DNA from: Acidobacteriota bacterium
GTDB lineage: Bacteria; Acidobacteriota; UBA6911; RPQK01; JAJDTT01
NCBI GenBank assembly: GCA_965209055.1
Contig: OZ242374.1
Location: forward strand, 3,904,001 to 3,968,000
Reading direction: 5' to 3'
Length of the DNA stretch: 64,000 nt
Notes under the pieces: generated by a model
Database searches by the model: none
Told to the model about the DNA's origin: nothing
Seen by the model: the letters and a program-made list of their open reading frames with translations, nothing else
Shown: one piece after another, positions 56,891-64,000 of the stretch
How positions within the stretch are numbered: position 1 is the first letter of the stretch
Layout: each line of letters starts with the position of its first letter
Position numbers and translations under genes: made by a program

Positions 56891-58186
56891 ATGGGCGTGC
56901 GTATTTACGGTTCGGTTTCTCTGGCGGGGAGCCTCCTCCTGGCCGCCATGGTTTCGGGGAGCGCCGGAGGCCGGAGCCGACCGGAGGCGGCCGCCGCCGG
57001 CAAGATCCTGGCCCGCGAATGTTACTCCTGCCACAACCAGGTCAAGCGGGAGGGGGCCCTGAGCCTGCACACCTTCCAGACCCTCATGAAGGGGGGAAAC
57101 AACGGTCCCCCGCTGGTCCCGGGCAACAGCGACGAGAGCCGGATGATCCAGATGGTGGAGGGCCTGCTGGAGCCCATCATGCCCGAGGACGGCTTCCTGG
57201 AAGACCAGGACATCGAGGCCCTTCGCGCCTGGGTGGATGCCGGTGCTCCACCGTGGCAGGGCGATCTGGGAAGAATGCGCCTGGAGCGTCTGCCCGACAT
57301 CCGTCCCACCGAAACCGTCCGGCCGGAGGTGGCGAGCCTGGCTTTCCATCCCCAGGGGACGATGGTCGCAGCGGGCAGCTACGAAGAGATCCGGCTTCTC
57401 CGGCCCGGGGGAGGAGTCGATGCCCGTCTGACCGGATTGGCCGAGACGGTGCGGTCCGTCGCCTTCAGCCCGGACGGTTCGCGGCTGGCCTCCGGGGCCG
57501 GAATGCCGTCCCGCTTCGGAGAAATCAAGATCTGGGATCCGGCCACGCGCCAGTTGGTCCGTAGCTGGGAGGGCCACACCGACTGCATCTACTCGGTGGC
57601 CTTCAGTCCCGACGGCTCGGTCCTGGCCACGGCCAGCTACGATCGGCTGGTCAAATTGTGGGAGGTGACAACGGGCCGGGAGATCCGAACCATCTCCGGG
57701 CACGTGGACGCGGTCTATTCGTTGGCCTTCAATGCGTCGGGCGACCGCCTGGCCTCGGCCTCGGCCGACCGCACGGTCAAGGTCTGGGACGTCGCCAGCG
57801 GGCGGCAGTTGGGGACGCCGCTCTCGGGCGCAACGGCCGAGCTCTTCGCCATGGCGTTCTACCCGGGCGGCCGCAGGATCGCGGCCGCCGGCATGGACAA
57901 GATGATTCGGATCTGGGACTTGGACGAGGAGGGTGGCATCCTGGCGGTTTCTGTCTTTTCCCACGACGGACCGGTCGTCGACCTCTCCCTGACTCCGGAC
58001 GGGAACACCCTGATTTCGGCCGGAGCCGACGGACGGGTCAAATTTTGGGACGCGGACTCCCTGGAGGAGAGGAAGGCCCTGCAAGCCCAGCCCGACACGG
58101 TCCTGGCGCTGGCCGTCAGCCCCTCCGGAGAGACTTTGGCCGTGGGCCGCTATGATGGGATGGTGATCTTCGAACCGATACCATAG
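56891..58186 (+). CDS. Planctomycete cytochrome c domain and WD40 repeat protein
   Basis: CYSCH heme motif, WVDAGA, multiple GH...VAFSPDG...WD repeats. Confidence 0.9.
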   Translation: MGVRIYGSVSLAGSLLLAAMVSGSAGGRSRPEAAAAGKILARECYSCHNQVKREGALSLHTFQTLMKGGNNGPPLVPGNSDESRMIQMVEGLLEPIMPEDGFLEDQDIEALRAWVDAGAPPWQGDLGRMRLERLPDIRPTETVRPEVASLAFHPQGTMVAAGSYEEIRLLRPGGGVDARLTGLAETVRSVAFSPDGSRLASGAGMPSRFGEIKIWDPATRQLVRSWEGHTDCIYSVAFSPDGSVLATASYDRLVKLWEVTTGREIRTISGHVDAVYSLAFNASGDRLASASADRTVKVWDVASGRQLGTPLSGATAELFAMAFYPGGRRIAAAGMDKMIRIWDLDEEGGILAVSVFSHDGPVVDLSLTPDGNTLISAGADGRVKFWDADSLEERKALQAQPDTVLALAVSPSGETLAVGRYDGMVIFEPIP

Positions 58187-58198
58187 CCGAGCAAGCCG

Positions 58199-60619
58199 AT
58201 GATGAAACAAAATTCGATATTGCGGGGGGTTCTCATGGTGTCGCTGGCGGCGCCGTTGTTCGGCCAACACGCGCCGCCGACCCTGACCTCAACGGTTCCG
58301 CTGGGTGGTCAGCGGGGAACCAGCGTCACGCTCCTCCTGGATGGGACCAATCTGGGAGAGGTCCGGCGGATCCTCTTCGATCACGAGGGTCTGGAGGCCG
58401 TCATCGAGAAGCAGCAGGAATTGCCCAACCCGCGAAAGATGGAGGACGGGCAGACCCGGGCCCTGATCCTGGACGGCGCGACGCGGAACCGCCTCTGGGT
58501 GCGGGTTGAGGTCGACGAGTCGGTGCCGGCCGATCTGTATCACTTCCGGGTCTGGACGCCGCTGGGGGTGAGCAATCCGCTTCCCTTTGCCGTGGGAGCC
58601 TTTCCTGAAGCGGAGGAGACCCAATTCAACGACACACCCCGCAAGGCGCAGCCGGTGACGCTGCCGGTGACCGTCCGGGGCGACATTTCCAGCACCGGTG
58701 ACGTGGATCACTTTCGATTTCGAGCGCGGGAAGGGCAGCATCTGGCGTTTCGGGTCATCTCGTCGCCCTTGGGGTCGATCCTGAATGCCGAACTCCAACT
58801 CTTGGAGGGATCGGGGAAAAGGGTGGACGGGTGTGTGTCGCGTTCCGGACAGGCGGCCTTTCTCAGTTGCGAGATCCCGGAGCGCGGGATCTATGTCGTT
58901 CGGATCGCCGACAGGAACCGGGTCGGCGCCATGAGCGGTTACCAGTACCGGCTAGAAGCGGGTGAGTTCCCGCTGTTGGAAGGCGTGTTCCCACTGGGAA
59001 TCCAGGCGGGCCGGGAAACCCGTCTCAAGGTTTGGGGCGCCAACCTGGGGAACGCCGGTACGGTCCCCTTCACGGCTCTCGAAGAACAGGCGGGACGGGT
59101 CGTCCCTCTGGCCGTACCTCCGGCCTCCAACCGGATCCCTCTGGCCGTCGGGGCTCATCCTGAAACACTGGAGGTGGAGCCCAACGATACTCGGGAGACG
59201 GCCCAGCGGGTGAGCTGGCCCGTTACCCTGAACGGACACGTCAACTCCTTGGCCGACGGCTCTGCAGCGTCGAGCCCGGATCAGGACCTGTTTCGATTCG
59301 AGGCTCGAAAGGGACAGGTCCTGGTGCTGGAGGTGGAAGCCTCCAGGCTGGGCTCCTCCCTGGACTCCCTGGTGGAGATCCGGGATGCGGAGGGCCGGGC
59401 GGTCCGCCGCGCGGAAGTCCGCTGCCTCGCGCAGACCGAAGTCGTTCTCAGCAATCGCGGCTCGATCCGAGGGTCGATGCGCCTGGGCTCGACGGAGGAT
59501 CTGGCGTTGGACGACTATCTCATGGTCGGCTCGGAGATCGTACAGATCAAGGCGATGCCGAGGGGGCCGGACGACGATACCCGGTTCAAATCGATTCGGG
59601 GCGTCCGGCAAGCTCTGTTCGGGACGACGGCCGAGGGCCACGCCGTGGGGGACCCGGTTTACAAAGTTCGCTTGTTTCCCCCGGGAACCCGCTTCAGCGC
59701 CAACGGGATGCCCGTATTTCATCTCAACTACCGCAACGATGACGGGGGTCCCGGATACGGACGCGACTCCAATCTGGAGTTCACGGTGCCTGAGGACGGA
59801 GCCTACATTGTGGCGCTGCGGGATTCTCGCAGCCAGGAAGGGGCGGACCATCCCTACCGGCTGACGATCCGCGAGCCGAGTCCCGATTTTCGGATCGAGC
59901 TTCCCTCGCGCCGCGCGGGCCGCATTTTGAGCGGTACCGGCGATGCGACCCACTTCAATCTGCCGGTCGGGGGACGTCTCACCGTGGATGTCGCGGTGTA
60001 CCGTTTGGACGGATTCGACGGAGAAATCCGGGTGCAAATGGAGAATCTTCCCCCGGGTGTCAGCGCCGCAAACACGGTGATTCCGGCGCGTGCAGACACC
60101 ACCGTGATCCTCCTCGAGGCGTCCCGCAAGGCCTCGTTCGCGCCGACGCGGGTGAGGATCGCAGGCCGGGCCGAGGTGAACGGCCGGGAGTTGATCCGCA
60201 CCCCGGAGAACGATCCCGGAATCCTCCTTGCTCTCAACACGATCTCCGATCTCACCGTGGCCGTCGACCGTCAGGAGGTTCGTCTGGAGCCGGGGAAGGA
60301 GGCGCGCATCCGCGTTGACATCGACCGTCTCGGCGAGTTTCAGGGCCGGGTCCCGGTGAACGTACGCAATCTCCCTTACGGCGTCCGGGTGATGAACGTG
60401 GGACTCAACGGCATTTTGGTGACGAAGGAGGAGAGCAGCCGTGTGTTCACTCTCTACGCCGAACCCTGGGTGAAACCCCTGGTTCAGCCCATCTATGTCG
60501 TGGCTCGAGTCGAGACGAACTCATCCAATCCCCTGGAGCACGCGGCGGCAGCGGTCCATCTCCAGATCGCTGGTGATCCGGCGGCGGACCGATCATCGGC
60601 AAGCGGAGAAAAGCATTGA
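58199..60619 (+). CDS. Secreted PPC (pre-peptidase C-terminal) domain protein
   Basis: GGQRGT, E.EPND repeats, DVDHFRF, NDDGG, YRLTIR. Confidence 0.75.
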   Translation: MMKQNSILRGVLMVSLAAPLFGQHAPPTLTSTVPLGGQRGTSVTLLLDGTNLGEVRRILFDHEGLEAVIEKQQELPNPRKMEDGQTRALILDGATRNRLWVRVEVDESVPADLYHFRVWTPLGVSNPLPFAVGAFPEAEETQFNDTPRKAQPVTLPVTVRGDISSTGDVDHFRFRAREGQHLAFRVISSPLGSILNAELQLLEGSGKRVDGCVSRSGQAAFLSCEIPERGIYVVRIADRNRVGAMSGYQYRLEAGEFPLLEGVFPLGIQAGRETRLKVWGANLGNAGTVPFTALEEQAGRVVPLAVPPASNRIPLAVGAHPETLEVEPNDTRETAQRVSWPVTLNGHVNSLADGSAASSPDQDLFRFEARKGQVLVLEVEASRLGSSLDSLVEIRDAEGRAVRRAEVRCLAQTEVVLSNRGSIRGSMRLGSTEDLALDDYLMVGSEIVQIKAMPRGPDDDTRFKSIRGVRQALFGTTAEGHAVGDPVYKVRLFPPGTRFSANGMPVFHLNYRNDDGGPGYGRDSNLEFTVPEDGAYIVALRDSRSQEGADHPYRLTIREPSPDFRIELPSRRAGRILSGTGDATHFNLPVGGRLTVDVAVYRLDGFDGEIRVQMENLPPGVSAANTVIPARADTTVILLEASRKASFAPTRVRIAGRAEVNGRELIRTPENDPGILLALNTISDLTVAVDRQEVRLEPGKEARIRVDIDRLGEFQGRVPVNVRNLPYGVRVMNVGLNGILVTKEESSRVFTLYAEPWVKPLVQPIYVVARVETNSSNPLEHAAAAVHLQIAGDPAADRSSASGEKH

Positions 60620-61917
60620 AACCTTATCGATTCCGTCGATCCCAAGAGCTGTACCAGGAGGCATGCAAGGTTCTGGCCGGGGGCGTCAGCAGCCATTTTC
60701 GTACCCTGGGACGTCCCCATCCCATGTTCTTCTCCGAAGGGCGGGGAGCCCGGGTCCGGGACGTGGACGGCAACGAGTACATCGACTTCACCCTGAGCCA
60801 GGGACCCATGCTGCTGGGACATTCCCACCCGGAAGTCCTGGAGCGGGTCCGGGTCGAGCAGTCCAGGGGACAGCTTTTTGCGGCCCAGAGCGAGCTGGAG
60901 ATCGAGCTGGCGCGGCTTATGACCCGGGTTCTGCCCGGCGCCGATCTGGTGCGGTTCTCCAACAGCGGGTCCGACGCGGCTCATGCGGCCTTTCGCATGG
61001 CCCGGGCCCTGACCGGAAAGCGAAAGATCCTCAAGTTCGAGGGCCACTACCACGGATGGTTCGACGACATCTTCCTGGACGTCAAGCCGGCGGGGGACGG
61101 TTCAGGATACCGGACCTCTCTTCTCACCGGAGGGCAACCCGCCTCGGTTCTCGACCAGGTCGTCGTCCTTCCCTGGAACGATCTGCAGGTGGTCCGGGAG
61201 ACCCTGGAGCGGGATCCCGAGATCGCCGCTGTCGTCACCGAACCCATCATGTGCAACAACAGTTGCATCCTCCCGGAGCCCGGTTATTTGGAGGGACTTC
61301 GGGAACTCTGCACCCGGCACGGTGTGGTGCTCATCTTCGACGAGGTCATCACCGGTTTCCGTGTTGCCCTGGGAGGGGCACAGGAACTGCTGGGAGTCCA
61401 GTCCGATTTGTCGATCTACGGCAAGGCCATGGCCAGCGGCTTTCCCCTCAGCCTGGTCGCCGGAAGACGATCCTTCATGGAGTGCCTGGCGGACGGCCGG
61501 GTGATCCACGCCGGGACCATGAACGCGAATATCCCCGTTCTGGCGGCTTCTCTGGCTTCGGTCGAGATTCTGACCCGTGAGCGAAGCGAGTTGTACCCGA
61601 GAATCACCCGGCTCGGACGGCGTCTGATGGAGGGCCTTCAGGCCCGGGCCCGCGCTCAAGGCCTTCCCTTGCTGGTCCAAGGACTCGGGCCCGTGTTTCA
61701 CACCGGGTTTTCGACCCGGGAATCGATCCGAAACTACCGCCAGTGCGCCGGCTACGACGCCGGACTGATGGATGAGTTTGCTTACGGCCTGCTCCGAAGA
61801 GGGGTTCGGATCATCGGAAGGGGGCTCTGGTTCGTCTCGGCTGCCCTCACCGGGGACGACGTGGAAACGGTGTTGGAGACGGCGGAAGAGGTCTTCGAGG
61901 AGATGACGAGGAGGTGA
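60616..61917 (+). CDS. Class III PLP aminotransferase (glutamate-1-semialdehyde aminomutase-like)
   Basis: GGVSS, DVDGNEYID, KFEGHYHG, LIFDEVITGFR, GKAMASG, HAGT. Confidence 0.88.
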   Translation: MKPYRFRRSQELYQEACKVLAGGVSSHFRTLGRPHPMFFSEGRGARVRDVDGNEYIDFTLSQGPMLLGHSHPEVLERVRVEQSRGQLFAAQSELEIELARLMTRVLPGADLVRFSNSGSDAAHAAFRMARALTGKRKILKFEGHYHGWFDDIFLDVKPAGDGSGYRTSLLTGGQPASVLDQVVVLPWNDLQVVRETLERDPEIAAVVTEPIMCNNSCILPEPGYLEGLRELCTRHGVVLIFDEVITGFRVALGGAQELLGVQSDLSIYGKAMASGFPLSLVAGRRSFMECLADGRVIHAGTMNANIPVLAASLASVEILTRERSELYPRITRLGRRLMEGLQARARAQGLPLLVQGLGPVFHTGFSTRESIRNYRQCAGYDAGLMDEFAYGLLRRGVRIIGRGLWFVSAALTGDDVETVLETAEEVFEEMTRR

Positions 61918-62021
61918 AACGCCGGAGCGGGTCGTCACCCGGCTCCGAATTCAGGCCGATTCTGGTCTTTCCGTATGGACTGTGCTAAAAATGACACATA
62001 TTTCCCACCAGGAGGGACACG

Positions 62022-62687
62022 ATGCGCGGTTTTAAGATCATCTTGATGTCTTTGGTCATTCTCTCGATTCCGGCTTGCTCCGGGCCGGCCGGAGGAGATG
62101 TCGCCAAGGCCCCGGAAGAAAAGCCCGAGCCGCCACCTCCGGCAGGGGATCCGGTGGTGACGATCCAGACCATCAAGGGGGACATCGTCATCCGATTGCG
62201 TCCCGATCTTGCGCCCAATACCGCGGAACGGTTCAAGATCATGGCGATGGCGGGATTCTACAACCGCTCCACCTTTCACTACGTGAGCCGGGGCTTCATC
62301 CAGGGAGGAGATCCGTTCTCCAAGGACAACGATCCCTACAACGATGGCAAGGGCAACGCCGCCGAGTGGATCAACGCGGAGTTCCAAGAGGATTACGACG
62401 TGGGGCGCGGGGCCGTGGGCATGATGCGCAAGGACACTCAACCCGACTCGTCGAGCTGTCAGTTCTTCATCGTCCTTCGCCGCAAGAGTGAGTGGGACGG
62501 CAAGTACAACATCTTCGGCGAAGTGATCGAAGGGATGGAGGTGGCCGACGCCATCGGAGACTCTCCCATCGTCAAGAACGACCGGAAGTTGAACAACTAT
62601 CCGACCGCCAAGATGACCATCAAGCGGATGAGAGTCGACTACCGGGAGTTCCCGGAAGAGACGGCCACCGAAGCCAGCGCGGGATAG
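62022..62687 (+). CDS. Cyclophilin-type peptidyl-prolyl isomerase (lipoprotein)
   Basis: APNTAERF, GFIQGGDP, RGAVGM, CQFFI, FGEVIEGMEV. Confidence 0.9.
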   Translation: MRGFKIILMSLVILSIPACSGPAGGDVAKAPEEKPEPPPPAGDPVVTIQTIKGDIVIRLRPDLAPNTAERFKIMAMAGFYNRSTFHYVSRGFIQGGDPFSKDNDPYNDGKGNAAEWINAEFQEDYDVGRGAVGMMRKDTQPDSSSCQFFIVLRRKSEWDGKYNIFGEVIEGMEVADAIGDSPIVKNDRKLNNYPTAKMTIKRMRVDYREFPEETATEASAG

Positions 62688-63010
62688 CCGGGCGTCCTGA
62701 TCGAAACGGGTCAATTGGTCCCGCCGAAGCTGCAGACCGGCCGGCTCGGGAACGGACTGGCCGGAAGGTCTTTTCCTGCACGGCTGGATTGATTTCCGCC
62801 TGAGTCCCGGATCCAGATACAAATCCCAACTCTTCGGAATTTCTTCCGGCTGCCTCTCTCCGCGAGGTTGCCGCAGTCGGATCTCCGTCCGCTTCGATTT
62901 GACATTGTTTCGGGGGGTTTCGTACCTTGACACGCTATTGAACGGGTTCCGTGCCGGTGAGAATGCGGAAACCGGATCCGGGGCGGGAGCGGGAAACAAG
63001 AGGAGCACGA

Positions 63011-63769
63011 ATGAGCTTGTCAGGGAAAGTCGCCCTGGTCACGGGCGCCAATCGGGGGATCGGACGAGGTTGCGCTCTGGAGATGGCCCGCCGGGGGGCG
63101 GACATTGCCGTCAACTACCGGAGCCACGGAGACGAGGCGGAAGAGGTCGCGGCCGAGGTGCGATCCCTGGGCCGGCGGGCCATCGTGCTGCAGGCGGACG
63201 TGTCGGACCGCCAACAGGATCGGGAACTGGTCTCCGCCACGGTGGAGCAACTGGGACGGCTCGACATCCTGGTGGCCAACGCCGCGGTCAGCAGGCGCAA
63301 ACCATTCGTGGATCTGAGCGTCGCGGACATGCAGTTGACTCTGGATGTCTGCCTTTGGGGCGTGATCCATTGCTGTCAGTTTGCAGCCCGCCAGATGTTG
63401 TCCCAGGGCCAGGGCGGAAACATCGTCATCATCAGTTCGGTCCACGCTTATCTCCCCATCGTGAATTCCATTCCCTACAACATCGCCAAGGCCGGAATCA
63501 ATCATATGGGCCGGACCCTGGCCATGGAGCTGGTGAAGGACGGGATCAGGGTCAATGTCGTGGAACCGGGGTGGATCGACACGCCCGGAGAACGCAAGTA
63601 CGCCACCGAAGAACAGATCAGGGAAGCGGGGATGAAGCTGCCCATGGGCCGCCTCGGGACCATCGAAGAAATCGGCAAGGGGGTCGCCTACCTGGTCAGT
63701 GATGACGCCAGCTACGTGACCGGTTCGATCCTCCGGATCGACGGAGGCTTCGTGCTGCCCCGTCCCTGA
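63011..63769 (+). CDS. Short-chain dehydrogenase/reductase
   Basis: TGANRGIG, YNIAK, PGWIDT, DGG; RBS AGGAG. Confidence 0.93.
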   Translation: MSLSGKVALVTGANRGIGRGCALEMARRGADIAVNYRSHGDEAEEVAAEVRSLGRRAIVLQADVSDRQQDRELVSATVEQLGRLDILVANAAVSRRKPFVDLSVADMQLTLDVCLWGVIHCCQFAARQMLSQGQGGNIVIISSVHAYLPIVNSIPYNIAKAGINHMGRTLAMELVKDGIRVNVVEPGWIDTPGERKYATEEQIREAGMKLPMGRLGTIEEIGKGVAYLVSDDASYVTGSILRIDGGFVLPRP

Positions 63770-63848
63770 TCGGAATTCGGCCGCGCTATCACGACGGCGG
63801 CGGTCCAACGCCATCATTCAGACAGTCAAAGAACACTCTTCCCTCGCC

Positions 63849-64000
63849 TCAGACCCGGACGACGGGATTTTCCAGGATTCCGATGTCTTCGATTTCGATT
63901 CTGACCCGGTCTCCCGGCTGAAGGGAGAACTCCTGATGCGGAACGATTCCGGTTCCCGTCAGGACCACGGTTCCGTCCGGGACCGTATTGTGCCGGGTGA
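63849..64000 (-). CDS. Fumarylacetoacetate hydrolase family protein, 3' end (partial)
   Basis: Minus strand ...PDGTVVLTGTGIVPHQEFSLQPGDRVRIEIEDIGILENPVVRV*. Confidence 0.8.
   Translation of the reverse strand, partial: TRHNTVPDGTVVLTGTGIVPHQEFSLQPGDRVRIEIEDIGILENPVVRV

Noticed and set aside
52336-58270. 831-aa and 1202-aa minus-strand ORFs
   Set aside because: Antisense shadows of the DUF1501, DUF1549 and WD40 genes.
60616-61917. Calling this gene hemL
   Set aside because: It is GSA-aminomutase-like, but the motifs deviate and there is no tetrapyrrole gene context; left as a class III aminotransferase.

Overview
High-GC bacterial chromosomal window. The host is probably an Acidobacteriota-like organism; this is an inference from the Oar-type TonB receptor, the HU sequence and the DUF1501/DUF1549-1553 module. 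(1) Positions 155-21235 form a ~21-kb integrative island bounded by a 14-bp direct repeat (GGACTAACAGTCCC), with a tyrosine integrase at its right end. The reconstructed empty site is a perfect REP-like hairpin, while the element side keeps the 5' half of a tRNA gene. The island carries a complete type I-G (I-U) CRISPR-Cas locus (csb1-csb2-cas3-short cas8-cas4-cas1-cas2, 13 repeats). That locus lies between two inverted ~175-bp structured elements. The island also holds an ECF sigma factor, a captured HU/IHF gene, a second (P4-type) integrase, RepA and excisionase remnants, and small orphan ORFs. (2) Positions 21.2-39.3 kb are host genes: FG-GAP protein, ECF/anti-sigma/RDD operon, VapBC, CreD, M16 peptidase, two beta-propeller paralogues and a TonB-dependent receptor. 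(3) Positions 39.3-47.1 kb hold a TetR gene and a divergent, translationally coupled five-gene biosynthetic operon: FabH-like ketosynthase fused to an AfsA hotdog domain, ICMT-type methyltransferase, atypical SDR, rifampin-phosphotransferase-like PEP-utilising enzyme and UbiA-like protein. It sits between eboB and eboF of an ebo-like cluster and is the best candidate for an undescribed butyrolactone/butenolide system. (4) Positions 49-64 kb encode a hydrolase, an Nramp-type transporter, a methyltransferase, a planctomycete-type DUF1501/DUF1549-1553/cytochrome c-WD40/PPC module, an aminotransferase, a cyclophilin, an SDR and a partial FAH-family gene. All calls come from motif recognition by eye; no searches were run.
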